Shown one piece after another: positions 1-9,974 of a stretch of 64,000 nucleotides of DNA; position 1 is the first letter of the stretch, and every line of letters begins with the position of its first letter. Under the pieces are notes generated by a model that saw only the letters and a list, made by a program, of their open reading frames with translations, was not told the DNA's origin and did no database searches. A program made the translations under genes and the position numbers. This DNA comes from Longimicrobiales bacterium. Its GTDB lineage: Bacteria; Gemmatimonadota; Gemmatimonadetes; Longimicrobiales; Gaopeijiaceae. Location: contig OZ250165.1 of NCBI GenBank assembly GCA_965238005.1, positions 192,001 to 256,000 of the forward strand, read 5' to 3'.

Positions 1-1898
1 TCGTTGCTCCCCGGCGGCAGGAACAGCATGTCGCCGTTGCCGAGCAGGGCGTCCGCGCCGTTCTGGTCCAGAATCGTCCGGGAGTCCGTCTTGGATGCGA
101 CGCGGAAGGCGATCCGGGACGGGAAGTTCGCCTTGATCAGGCCCGTGATGACGTTCACGCTGGGCCTCTGGGTCGCCACGATGAGGTGGATGCCGATGGC
201 CCGGGCCTTCTGGGCCAGGGTCGTGAGCGGCTTCTCCACCTCGCTCTGGACGGTCATCATGAGGTCGGCCAGCTCGTCCACCACCACCACCACGTAGGGA
301 AGCACCCCCTCCTGGTAGATCCAGCGGTCCGGGTCCTCCTCGGCTCCCCGGGCCTCGAAGCGCCGAAGGGTCACGCCCTCCCGGGCCCGCTCGTTGAACT
401 CGCCGATGGAGCGCACGCCGTTCGCGCTCAGGAGACCGTAACGGCGCTCCATCTCCAGAACGGCCCACTTGAGGAGCCCGGCCGCGTCCCGGGGGTCGGT
501 GACCACCCTGTGGCGGAGATGCGGAAGCATCTTGTAGGTGGAGAGCTCCACCATCTTGGGGTCCACCATGAGCAGCCGGAGCGTCTCCGGCGTGTGCCGG
601 TAGACCAGGCTCGTAATGATGGTGTTGATGCAGATGGACTTGCCCGAGCCTGTGGTGCCCGCGATGAGGACGTGGGGCATCTCGCACAGATCCGCCACGT
701 ATGGCTTTCCGTTGAGGTCCTTGCCCAGGGCCAGCGGCAGCTCGGCCCGGCTATTCCGGTAGGCCCGGGAATCCAGGATCTCCCGGAGCCGGACCACCTC
801 GGGTTCGGGATTGGGGATCTCCACCCCCACAGCCCCCCTCCCCGGGATGGGCGCCACGATCCGGATGCTTTTGGCCTTCATGGCCAGCGCGAGGTCGGCG
901 TCGAGATTGGCGATCTTGTTGACCTTTACGCCCGGAGCCGGGATCACCTCGTACTGCGTGACCACCGGACCCGTGGTCCGACCGCCGAGCTCGCTCTCGA
1001 CGCTGAACGTCCGGAGCTTCTCCACCAGGACCTCGCCCAGGGCGTCCAGCTCGCGCTCCATGTCGCCTCGATCCTCGTCGTCCCTCGTGGTCATGAATTC
1101 CATGGGCGGGAGTCCCGTCGCGCTGAGCTCTCCCTTGGGGAGGGGGTCAGGCAAGATCTCGTCCGACCCCTCGAGAGGCTCGTCGACGCCCTCGCCCTCT
1201 GACCCGGACACGGCCTCCTCGGCTGGCTCATCGTCGAGTGCCTCACCCTCCAGGTCGTCGTCGCTCGCCTCCTCTCCCTCCAAGAGCTCCATGGGCGGTG
1301 TCCGCTCGAGCCGCTCACGCGCGCGCTCGTCCCACCGGGCTTTGAGGCCCTCACCCCAGGACACGAGCTTGCCGGCACCCCGCGCCATGACGCCGCTACC
1401 CTGGGCCATCCCGTAGGCCAAGGAGCGAAGCGGATTCCATCCCAGCGTGCCCACCGACAGCACGACCAGGAGGAGTGTCAGGAAGAGGACCGCCCCCAGG
1501 AACCCCAGGGCCGTGGAAAGGGGTGGGCCTGCAAGGGTCCCCCAGCCGCCCACCGTCTCCTGCTCCTGGCCCAGCACCTGGAGTCCAACGGGAAGGATGA
1601 GCATGAGGCCCGAGGACAAGATCGCCAGACGCATGGTCCACCCCGGCGACAGCCAATCCCCCGCCCTCACACCCGCGATCAGGAGAAGGATCGGAACGAA
1701 GAACGCGGCGCCACCGAGCAGGCCGTCGAGGGCGCGCTGAGTCGTGCCACCGACGAGGCCCATCATGTTCCCCGAGGGGAACCACGCGGCCGGGCGAGAA
1801 CCGAGGGCCACCACGGGAATCAGGGCCGCGACAATAAAGAGCGCCAGTGCCAGCAGCCCTGCCGCCAGGATGTCCCGCTGCTGCTCCCGCGACAACAT
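1..1898 (-). CDS. ftsK: DNA translocase FtsK/SpoIIIE (3' end runs off the window)
   Basis: Not in the ORF track; read manually from ATG at 1898 (overlaps comB stop). N-terminal TM segments, acidic linker, then MPHVLIAGTTGSGKS Walker A, DPKMVEL, VVVVDELADLMM, HLIVATQRPSVNVITGLIKANFPSRIAF. Confidence 0.95.
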   Translation of the reverse strand, partial: MLSREQQRDILAAGLLALALFIVAALIPVVALGSRPAAWFPSGNMMGLVGGTTQRALDGLLGGAAFFVPILLLIAGVRAGDWLSPGWTMRLAILSSGLMLILPVGLQVLGQEQETVGGWGTLAGPPLSTALGFLGAVLFLTLLLVVLSVGTLGWNPLRSLAYGMAQGSGVMARGAGKLVSWGEGLKARWDERARERLERTPPMELLEGEEASDDDLEGEALDDEPAEEAVSGSEGEGVDEPLEGSDEILPDPLPKGELSATGLPPMEFMTTRDDEDRGDMERELDALGEVLVEKLRTFSVESELGGRTTGPVVTQYEVIPAPGVKVNKIANLDADLALAMKAKSIRIVAPIPGRGAVGVEIPNPEPEVVRLREILDSRAYRNSRAELPLALGKDLNGKPYVADLCEMPHVLIAGTTGSGKSICINTIITSLVYRHTPETLRLLMVDPKMVELSTYKMLPHLRHRVVTDPRDAAGLLKWAVLEMERRYGLLSANGVRSIGEFNERAREGVTLRRFEARGAEEDPDRWIYQEGVLPYVVVVVDELADLMMTVQSEVEKPLTTLAQKARAIGIHLIVATQRPSVNVITGLIKANFPSRIAFRVASKTDSRTILDQNGADALLGNGDMLFLPPGSN

Positions 1899-2611
1899 CA
1901 GCGGCTCGCCTCGGGGGCCCTCGGGCTCATGGAGGGAACGTAGATCACCCGCTCCTCCATCTCGGGAACGACGGCGTAGCGGTCCACCTGGGCGCAGAAT
2001 CTCAAGTCGTCGCGGAACCCGATCTCGATGAGATTCTTGCCGGCGTCGGTCATGGCGAGGAAGTCGGCACCGACGCGGAATCTGTGTGAGAGCTCCAGGG
2101 CGGCGTACCCTGCATCGTTGAGCTCGATCTCTCCGTCGTGCCGCTCGCGAAGGCTATTGAGGAGGGCGCCTGCGCAGACCGCGTCATCCACGGAGAACCT
2201 GCCCTCCCTGCCAGCGCAAACCACCACCAACCGCTCCACTGCGGCCACCGCGTCGACGGCGGCGCCGAGGTTCAGGAAGCAACATGCCAATACGCGATCA
2301 GCGTCTTCGGCCATCAGAAACGCCCGGGTCGCGTTGGTCGTGCTCATGACCAATCGCTTGTCCGCCACACGCTCCGCGACGAACTCACGGGGGGAGTTCC
2401 CGAGATCGAACCCCTCGATCATGAGGCCCTTGGACTCACCACATAGAAGTGTGTCCTCCGTGGACGAAGCGGGATACACGCCACGAGCCCCGTTCACCAG
2501 GGCCTCCACCATGGTGCTCGTGCCTCTCAGAACGTCGATGACCACGACGGTGCGCTCCGCCATGTCGAGCGCCGCGGGCTCTCCGGCCTGGAAGAATAGA
2601 TCGACCCTCAT
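1898..2611 (-). CDS. comB: 2-phosphosulfolactate phosphatase family protein (apparent short internal deletion)
   Basis: [40 protein letters not shown] motifs. Confidence 0.85.
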   Translation of the reverse strand: MRVDLFFQAGEPAALDMAERTVVVIDVLRGTSTMVEALVNGARGVYPASSTEDTLLCGESKGLMIEGFDLGNSPREFVAERVADKRLVMSTTNATRAFLMAEDADRVLACCFLNLGAAVDAVAAVERLVVVCAGREGRFSVDDAVCAGALLNSLRERHDGEIELNDAGYAALELSHRFRVGADFLAMTDAGKNLIEIGFRDDLRFCAQVDRYAVVPEMEERVIYVPSMSPRAPEASR

Positions 2612-3966
2612 CCCTGGCTCGATCGTTCGCTGAGGAATCGGTCCACGAATCCGGTGTCCACGTTCCCCGAGACGAAGCGCTCGTCCCGGGTGATCTCGGA
2701 GAGAAACGGAATGGTGGTCGTGATCCCCTCGATGACGAAGGACTCGAGCACGTGCCGCGCCCTCACGATGGCCTCCTCACGGTTGTTCCCGTGCACGATG
2801 AGCTTAGCCAGAAGAGAGTCGTAGTAAGGCGGCACCTGGTATCCACTGTAGATGTGGGTGTCGAGCCTCACTCCGGGACCCCCGGGTGGGTGGAAGGTGA
2901 GGATCAGCCCGGGCGAGGGCGCAAAGTTCCGCTCGGCGTCCTCAGCGTTCACCCGAAACTCGATGGCGTGCCCACGCAGGGTCACGTCCTCGCACGGGAA
3001 GGAGAGCGGCTCGCCCGCCGCCACCCGGATCTGCTCCTTCACCAGGTCCAGCCCGGTGGTCACCTCGGTAACGGGATGCTCCACCTGGATCCGGGTGTTC
3101 ATCTCGATGAAGTAGAACGAGCCGTCGGCCTCCAGCAGGAACTCCACCGTCCCGGCCCCCACATAGCCGATCCCCTTCGCCGCCAGCACGGCAACTTCTC
3201 CCATCTGCTCGCGCATCTCCGGAGTGAGGGCAGGTGAGGGTGCCTCTTCGATGAGCTTCTGATGCCTGCGCTGGGTGGAGCAGTCGCGCTCGCCGAGATG
3301 GACGATACGGCCGTGCTGATCCCCGAAGATCTGGAACTCGATGTGCCGCGGCCGGACGATGCACCTCTCGAGGTAGATGGTGTCGTCACCGAAGGCGGCC
3401 TGGGCTTCCGTCTGAGCGGCCTGGAGAAGGCGTCCGAAGCTCTTCGCATCCGGGGCGATGCGCATCCCCTTCCCCCCACCGCCGGCCGAAGCCTTGATCA
3501 TCACGGGGAAGCCGATCTCGTCGGCGATACGCACCGCCTCGGCGGGATCGGACACCACTCCGTCCGACCCGGGGACCGTGGGAACGCCGAGCTCGTTCAT
3601 GGTGCGCCGGGCGGTCGCCTTGTCGCCCATGGACCGGATCTGGTCCGGTGTGGGCCCGATGAAGACGATATCGGAGCGCTGGCAGATCTCGCTGAACTCG
3701 GCGTTCTCGGCCAGGAAACCGTAGCCGGGGTGGATGGCCTCGGCCCCCGTCACCTCTGCGGCCGCGATGATCTGCGGGACGTTGAGGTAGCTCTGTGCCG
3801 CGAGAGCCGGCCCAATGCAGACGTCCTCGTCGGCGAAGCGTACGTGGAGCGACTCCCGGTCCGCTTCGGAGTACACGGCCACGGCCTCCACGCCGAGCTC
3901 ATGACAGGCCCGGATGATACGGAGAGCGATCTCCCCTCGGTTGGCGATCAGGACCCTCTTGAACAC
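2608..3966 (-). CDS. accC: Acetyl-CoA carboxylase biotin carboxylase subunit
   Basis: [44 protein letters not shown]. Confidence 0.98.
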   Translation of the reverse strand: MFKRVLIANRGEIALRIIRACHELGVEAVAVYSEADRESLHVRFADEDVCIGPALAAQSYLNVPQIIAAAEVTGAEAIHPGYGFLAENAEFSEICQRSDIVFIGPTPDQIRSMGDKATARRTMNELGVPTVPGSDGVVSDPAEAVRIADEIGFPVMIKASAGGGGKGMRIAPDAKSFGRLLQAAQTEAQAAFGDDTIYLERCIVRPRHIEFQIFGDQHGRIVHLGERDCSTQRRHQKLIEEAPSPALTPEMREQMGEVAVLAAKGIGYVGAGTVEFLLEADGSFYFIEMNTRIQVEHPVTEVTTGLDLVKEQIRVAAGEPLSFPCEDVTLRGHAIEFRVNAEDAERNFAPSPGLILTFHPPGGPGVRLDTHIYSGYQVPPYYDSLLAKLIVHGNNREEAIVRARHVLESFVIEGITTTIPFLSEITRDERFVSGNVDTGFVDRFLSERSSQG

Positions 3967-4003
3967 TCAGCTACACTGTCCTGTGCCGATATGAGAAGCC
4001 GGC

Positions 4004-4504
4004 TCACGAAGGGGAGAGGCGGAACAGGACCTGCCCGAACTCTACCGGCTCCGCATTCTCAACGCAGATCTCCTGGATCACCCCCGACACCTCCGACTCC
4101 AGCTCGTTCATGAGCTTCATGGCTTCGATGATGCAGAGCGTGTCACCTGGGCTCACGCGGCGACCTACCTCGGCATAGGGCGGGGCATCCGAAGCGGGTG
4201 CGCGGAAGAAGGTGCCCACCATGGGAGACTTGATCCCGAACAGGTCCGACGCCGGTGGCGCCGCCTCAGGCTGACCATCCGTGGCGGCCACGAGAGCCGA
4301 AGCGACCGGCTCGGTCTCGGCGGCCGCAGGGGCCGCTACCGGCGGTGGTGGCGTCACGTGGTTCATTGGGGTGGCCACGACGACATCTGCCCCAGATGTC
4401 TTGGCCAGCCTGATGCGCGTGCCACCTCGCTCGATCTCGATGAAATCGAGGCCGCTGGCGTCGATAGCCTCGATGAGGCTCCGGAGGAAATCCAGGTCGA
4501 TCAT
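4004..4504 (-). CDS. accB: Biotin carboxyl carrier protein
   Basis: SPMVGTFFRAP and EAMKLMNE biotinylation motif; adjacent to accC. Confidence 0.97.
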   Translation of the reverse strand: MIDLDFLRSLIEAIDASGLDFIEIERGGTRIRLAKTSGADVVVATPMNHVTPPPPVAAPAAAETEPVASALVAATDGQPEAAPPASDLFGIKSPMVGTFFRAPASDAPPYAEVGRRVSPGDTLCIIEAMKLMNELESEVSGVIQEICVENAEPVEFGQVLFRLSPS

Positions 4505-5067
4505 GAAGAGACCCGAGTCAGATATTTGTCCTCGCGGCGGTCCACCTTGAGCACGTCCCCCTCTTCGATGAAAAGCGGTACCTGAACCACCGCCCCGGTC
4601 TCAAGCGTCGCGGGCTTGGTACCGCCCTGGGCCGTGTCACCACGGACCCCGGGATCGGTCTCGGTCACAGTCAGTTCGACGAACTGGGGGAGCTCCACGC
4701 TGAGGACGTTCCCGTCGTGGACGAGCCCCTCACACTCCATGTTCTCTTTCAGGTACTTGAGCTGATCCCCTCCCAGGAGTTCGCCCGAGATGGGGATCAT
4801 ATCGTACGTCTGTTGGTCCATGAAGTGGTAGAGCTGGCCGTCGGAGTAGCTGTAGGTGACGGGGCGGCGCTCGAGCCGGACGTCGGTCACCTTCTCCCCC
4901 GCCCGATACGTCTTGTCGACAACGGCCCCCGTCAGAACGTTCTTGAGCTTCGTCCTCACGAACGCTCCACCCTTTCCGGGCTTTACATGCTGAAAATAAG
5001 CGATCGCCCAGAGTTGCCCGTCGATGTCCAAAACCATGCCGTTGCGAAAATCAGCAGTCGAAGCCAT
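4501..5067 (-). CDS. efp: Elongation factor P
   Basis: HVKPGKGGAFVRTKLKN, PGVRGDTAQGGTKPA. Confidence 0.98.
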   Translation of the reverse strand: MASTADFRNGMVLDIDGQLWAIAYFQHVKPGKGGAFVRTKLKNVLTGAVVDKTYRAGEKVTDVRLERRPVTYSYSDGQLYHFMDQQTYDMIPISGELLGGDQLKYLKENMECEGLVHDGNVLSVELPQFVELTVTETDPGVRGDTAQGGTKPATLETGAVVQVPLFIEEGDVLKVDRREDKYLTRVSS

Positions 5068-5098
5068 GACGCCTTGTCAGTCGATGGAACCCGCGGAG

Positions 5099-5536
5099 CT
5101 ACCGGCCGGCGATGTGGGCCACGAGGCCCCTGAGCGCTAGAAGATAGCTCTGCGATCCAAATCCAAGAACAACCCCCACGGCCACGGGTGCAAGGAATGA
5201 ATGACGGCGGAATCTCTCTCGACCGGCCGTGTTGGAGAGGTGAACCTCCACGAAGGGCAGTCCGACGCCCACGAGCCCGTCTCGCAACGCCACGCTGGTA
5301 TGGGTCAGGCCACCCGGATTCACAAGAAAGCCGTCGACCCGACCGGCGGCCTCCTCCAGAAAGTCGAGAATGTCACCCTCCGAGTTGGACTGGAAGGTCT
5401 CGACCTCTACGCCCAGTTCCTCACCTAGGGACTGGGCAGCTCCATTGATGTCGTCCAACGTGTCCGTGCCGTAGACGTCGGGCTCTCTCCGGCCGAGGAG
5501 GCGAAGGTTGGGTCCATGAATGATCGCGATCCGCAC
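5099..5536 (-). CDS. aroQ: Type II 3-dehydroquinate dehydratase
   Basis: HGPNLRLLGRREPDVYG, FQSNSEG, EVHLSN. Confidence 0.96.
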   Translation of the reverse strand: MRIAIIHGPNLRLLGRREPDVYGTDTLDDINGAAQSLGEELGVEVETFQSNSEGDILDFLEEAAGRVDGFLVNPGGLTHTSVALRDGLVGVGLPFVEVHLSNTAGRERFRRHSFLAPVAVGVVLGFGSQSYLLALRGLVAHIAGR

Positions 5537-5550
5537 GGCGTTTCCCCCTA

Positions 5551-5741
5551 GAGACCTGTGGAAGGAGTACAGCGGGTCGCGTTAGGATCGCCGAGGATCC
5601 AGCGCGTAGGCGGCGCGACGACGCGATGCTGAAGTATCGGGGAGGAGGAGCGCCAACACCCGGGGCACCGCGCGGAGCGTGGTCGGGCCCTCGCCGCCCT
5701 AACCCGAAGGGCACAGGGGGGTTGCGGTCTCATAGGTCGTC
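5551..5741. mobile_element. MITE-like palindromic repeat, copy 1 (right end missing)
   Basis: Near-identical to 6896-7085 and 11035-11225; starts GAGACCTGTGGAAGGAGTACAGCGGGTCGCG; the right part is replaced by the 3' end of the TPR gene. Confidence 0.8.
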
Positions 5742-6881
5742 GGTCTCGCCATCGGAGGGTCCGTCCGGAGCGAGGGACTCGACGGGAACCACCGGACGAT
5801 CGTCGTGAACGGAGGACGCATCCTCCGTCGCCAAGGATCCAACAGGCTCCGGATCGGCTACCGGTGGCTCCACCACCAGAGGATCCGGATCCGGCGCGAG
5901 GTCCTCCACGGGGACCGCCGGCTCGGGTGCAACGGCCTCCGTCGGGTCCAGGTCCGGAGCCAAGGACTCGATGGGAACCACGGGACGGTCGTCCGCAGCC
6001 ACGGGCTCCGGGTCAGGCGCCAGGGATTCGATGGGGACCAGGGGACGGTCGTCCGCGGCCACGGGCTCCGGGTCAGGCGCCACGGATTCGATGGGGACTA
6101 GGGGACGACCGTCGGCTAGGCCTGTGTCGATACTCCAGATCAGCTCGGCCACGCGGTGAAGAAACATCCCATTGTCGGGATCATCGGCGAGGAGCTTCCG
6201 GTAGACCTCCACCGCCTTGTCCACGGCGCCTTGCTTCGCATAAAGCTCGGCCAGCGTCTGGGTGTAGATCTCCCCGTCATCCTCGGCCACGTCCTCGGCC
6301 GGGGGCTCCACCTCCACGACAGGCTCCTCGAGCACGACCTCGTCCGGGGCCGACACCTCCGCCGTCTCCAGCGGCGCCGCGTCCTCCACCGGAACCGCCT
6401 CCGCAAGCGAATCCTCCACCACCGGCTCTTCCGGCGCCACCGCCTCGGTTCCAGCGGCCGTAGACGCTTCCGCCACCTCGGCCTGGAGGCTCTCCAGCAC
6501 AGCAAGCACCTCCGGATCGTCGGGCTCTAGCTCGACCAACCTCTCTATGTACGTCAGTCCCCGACTGGCATCTTCCACCAGCTCGGCCAGGGAGCGCAGA
6601 GCCACCCCGTTCTCGGCATCGAGCTCCAGGACTCGCTCCAACGCGCGGATCGCGCTGTCGACCTCCCCCCGATCCCGATACAGCCACCCCACCACCACGT
6701 GACCCGAAGCGGAACCGGGGTGGCCGACCAGTCCCTCCTGAAGCACGTCGAGAGCCTGGTCCAGCTCGCCCAGCCGACGGTGAGCGTCGGCCAGGGGCAC
6801 GAAAGCGCGACCGGTAGGATCCTTCTCGGAAAAGAAGATCTCCTTGAGCCGATCGATCTGCTGATTCAGCGGTTCGGGCAC
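5730..6881 (-). CDS. Tetratricopeptide-repeat protein with acidic Pro-rich repeats
   Basis: RAFVPLADAHRRLGELDQAL TPRs, YTQTLAELYAKQG motif, C-terminal DDRPxVPIESLAPD repeats; GAGGGGAG RBS before GTG. Confidence 0.85.
   Translation of the reverse strand: MPEPLNQQIDRLKEIFFSEKDPTGRAFVPLADAHRRLGELDQALDVLQEGLVGHPGSASGHVVVGWLYRDRGEVDSAIRALERVLELDAENGVALRSLAELVEDASRGLTYIERLVELEPDDPEVLAVLESLQAEVAEASTAAGTEAVAPEEPVVEDSLAEAVPVEDAAPLETAEVSAPDEVVLEEPVVEVEPPAEDVAEDDGEIYTQTLAELYAKQGAVDKAVEVYRKLLADDPDNGMFLHRVAELIWSIDTGLADGRPLVPIESVAPDPEPVAADDRPLVPIESLAPDPEPVAADDRPVVPIESLAPDLDPTEAVAPEPAVPVEDLAPDPDPLVVEPPVADPEPVGSLATEDASSVHDDRPVVPVESLAPDGPSDGETDDL
5951..6115 (-). repeat. 60-bp coding tandem repeat (~2.7 units)
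   Basis: Sequence recurs with a 60-nt period and encodes DDRPLVPIESLAPDPEPVAA; a further partial unit lies near 5762-5805. Confidence 0.9.
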
Positions 6882-6895
6882 AGCGTACTCCCCTC

Positions 6896-7156
6896 GAGGT
6901 CTGTTGAAGGAGTACAGCGGGTCGCGTTAGGAGCACCGAGGGTCCAGCGCGTAGGCGGCGGGACGACGCGATGCTGGAGTATCGGGGAGGAGCGCCAACA
7001 CCCGGGGCACCGCGCGGAGCGTGGTCGGGCCCTCGCCGCCCTAACCCGAAGGGCACAAGGGGGTTGTGGTCTCATAGGTCGTCTCTCCTCGTCGTTTCTA
7101 CTCTGAGCCTCACAAGACCCCTGTGCGCGACCCACTGTACTTCTTCAACAGACCTC
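6896..7156. mobile_element. MITE-like palindromic repeat, copy 2 (complete)
   Basis: ~31-bp terminal inverted repeats GAGGTCTGTTGAAGGAGTACAGCGGGTCGCG ... CGCGACCCACTGTACTTCTTCAACAGACCTC; no transposase. Confidence 0.85.
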
Positions 7157-7341
7157 CCGAATTGGAAAAATACGGGGCTGAGCTGAAGAAAGAGTGGACG
7201 GGGCAAGATACTGATTCCGCCAAAAACGTGTCAACGAAGGAGGTTGAGGGCCCCATAGGGTGCCGTTATTTTTGAAGGCCTTTTGCGTATGAAAGGGGCG
7301 AGTCTTCTTGACCGCCGCACACGCCGAGGAGTAGCCGGGTT

Positions 7342-9165
7342 ATGATGCGTCAGATGAGGGAGAACACGAAATGGATCATGCTGATCACAGCAATGGCCTT
7401 CGTGGGTCTTATGGTGTTCCAGTGGGGCATGGACATCACGGGGAGAAGTGGACTGTCCGTCGGCGAGATCGGCAGCGTGAACGGCGTGCCCGTCAGCTAT
7501 GAGGAGTACAACTTCACCTACAGCCGGCTCCTCGATCAGGTTCAGAACTCCCAGGAGGATCCGGTCACAAGCCAGCAGATCAGCGACATCGAGGACGCCG
7601 CCTGGGACGAAGTGGTCAATCAGGCCCTGATCGGTCAGGAACTGCGGAGGCGCGGCATCGAGGTCACGGACGAGGAGATCCGCAACGCGGCCCGTTTCAG
7701 CCCGCCCCCTGAGCTGCGCTCGAGCCCCGCGTTCCAAACCGACGGCGCATTCGACATCCAGAAGTACCAGGACTTCATCTCTTCGCCCACCATCGACGAT
7801 CGGATCCTGCTCCAGCTCGAGGCCTATTACCGGGACCTCATTCCGCGGGGTAAGCTGCTGAGGCAGGTGTCTTCGGACGTCTACGTCACCGATGCGGCCC
7901 TGTGGCAGGACTACAGGGACCGCAACGAGCGGATCTCGGTCCGCTACATACCCCTCGACCCGACCCAGCGGATCGCCGACTCACTCGTGACCGTCACGCC
8001 GGACGACGTGGAGGAGTACTACGACGAGAACCGCGACGAGTTCGCGATCCCGGCCCAGGCTTCCGTGAAGGTGGTGGTCCTGGACAAGGCACCGACGGCC
8101 GCTGACACAGCCGCGGCCGGGGAGACGGCGGCAGAGCTCCGACAGGAGATCCGGGACGGGGTCGACTTCGAGGAGATCCTGGCCAGGCCGCGAATCTCGA
8201 CGGGATCGGGCGATCTCGGGTGGTTCACGGAGGACCGGATGGTTCCCGAGTTCTCCGCCGTGGCGTTCACCGCCGCCAAGGGGGACATCACCGAGCCGGT
8301 GAGAACGTCCTTCGGTTACCACATCATCGAGGTGCAGGACAAGGCCGCCGACAGCATCAAGGCCCGTCACATCCTCCTCCCCTTCGAGCGCACGGACGAC
8401 TCGGAGCTCGAGCTTCTCACCCTGGCCGACTCGCTGGAAGGGCTGGGGGAGTCACGCACCTTCGAACAAGCCGTCGAGATTCTGGGCCTCCAGATGGAGA
8501 ACGCCACCTTGAGCCCGGACTTCGCCTTCGTGATCGGCGCCGGTCAGGTGGGCGAGGGCGCGGACTGGGCGTTCGAGGAGGCTGTGCCGGGTGACGTGAG
8601 CCCGGTATTCGAGACGAGACAGGCCTTCTACATGCTCGAGCTCATGGAAGTGCGCGAGGCGGGCTTCATCTCCCCACAGGACGCTACGGCAGCCATCGAG
8701 CAGGAGGTCCGGACACGCAAGAAGCTGGAGATGGCCAAAGCCGAAGGTGAAGAGGTGGTCGCAGAGATTCGGGGAGGAGCCTCCATGGACGATGTCGCGG
8801 AGCATCGGGACCTGGAGATCCGTGACGCTGGCCCGTATGGCCGCAGGGACTTCGTCCCCGGTCTCGGCCGCTTGAATGCCGCGGTGGGAGCCGGATTCGG
8901 TCTCTACCAGGGCCAGGTCAGCAATGTGGTGGAAGCCAATAACAACGCCTTCATTCTCGCGCTGGTCGACTACATTGCCGCAGACACCACGCTTTTCGAG
9001 GAGGAGCGGTTGGTGCAGCGGTCACAGATGGTGGCCAACGTTCAGCAGACGCGGCTCCAGGATTGGCTCCAGGGCCTGCGGGCCGCGGCTCGCGTCGTGG
9101 ACCGCCGCGACGAGGTCCTGAACGTCGACCCCGCGGATCAGCCGCTGATTCCGCCGATCTTCTAG
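7342..9165 (+). CDS. PpiD/SurA-like peptidyl-prolyl isomerase chaperone
   Basis: N-terminal TM, SurA-N-like domain, parvulin motifs GDLGWF and PVRTSFGYHIIEV. Confidence 0.9.
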   Translation: MMRQMRENTKWIMLITAMAFVGLMVFQWGMDITGRSGLSVGEIGSVNGVPVSYEEYNFTYSRLLDQVQNSQEDPVTSQQISDIEDAAWDEVVNQALIGQELRRRGIEVTDEEIRNAARFSPPPELRSSPAFQTDGAFDIQKYQDFISSPTIDDRILLQLEAYYRDLIPRGKLLRQVSSDVYVTDAALWQDYRDRNERISVRYIPLDPTQRIADSLVTVTPDDVEEYYDENRDEFAIPAQASVKVVVLDKAPTAADTAAAGETAAELRQEIRDGVDFEEILARPRISTGSGDLGWFTEDRMVPEFSAVAFTAAKGDITEPVRTSFGYHIIEVQDKAADSIKARHILLPFERTDDSELELLTLADSLEGLGESRTFEQAVEILGLQMENATLSPDFAFVIGAGQVGEGADWAFEEAVPGDVSPVFETRQAFYMLELMEVREAGFISPQDATAAIEQEVRTRKKLEMAKAEGEEVVAEIRGGASMDDVAEHRDLEIRDAGPYGRRDFVPGLGRLNAAVGAGFGLYQGQVSNVVEANNNAFILALVDYIAADTTLFEEERLVQRSQMVANVQQTRLQDWLQGLRAAARVVDRRDEVLNVDPADQPLIPPIF

Positions 9166-9198
9166 GGACGCCTGCGTCCGGACAGGACCGCAACGAAG

Positions 9199-9235
9199 AG
9201 CGGCGGCCGGAACCTCGAAGGTTCCGGCCGCCGCT
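9199..9235. terminator. Hairpin between convergent genes (probably bidirectional terminator)
   Basis: Perfect 17-bp stem AGCGGCGGCCGGAACCT-cga-AGGTTCCGGCCGCCGCT between the PPIase gene and tatA. Confidence 0.8.
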
Positions 9236-9287
9236 TTCGTCTGTGCGAGTCCCCCGCGCGGCCGCACCCTATTACTCGGAGAGGCTC

Positions 9288-9587
<300 letters not shown>

Positions 9588-9626
9588 GATATCAACCTCC
9601 GTTAGAGGTCCGTCCAGACCTTCGCC

Positions 9627-9905
9627 TCAGATCCAGGATCGGACGATAAATGCTACGATCGAGATTCCAACGAGCGTCAACACGTTCAAGCTCAATGTGA
9701 GTGGCCCGATCGTGAACGCAACAGCGACCAGATCGATGGACAGAGGCCCGATGGACGCTTCCACCGCAGTGGTGAGAAACGACTTGGCCGCGCTCTCCGG
9801 AAGGAACAGCTCGGACAACTTGGTGAGCAGTCCTCCCAACAGCAGCCCGAGCACCTGAGTCCAGGCCAGGCGCTTTACGTTCCGCCGATACGTATCAACT
9901 AGCAT
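9627..9905 (-). CDS. Small membrane protein, DUF4321-like
   Basis: 92 aa; pattern ASIGPLSIDLVAVAFTIG..LSLNVLTLVG; within the operon. Confidence 0.65.
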   Translation of the reverse strand: MLVDTYRRNVKRLAWTQVLGLLLGGLLTKLSELFLPESAAKSFLTTAVEASIGPLSIDLVAVAFTIGPLTLSLNVLTLVGISIVAFIVRSWI

Positions 9906-9974
9906 ACGGTCCGCAGGCGCGTCTGGTTCCCATTCTTCTGTGGATCAGGGATGGTCGGAGCGTAGCCCCCGGCA

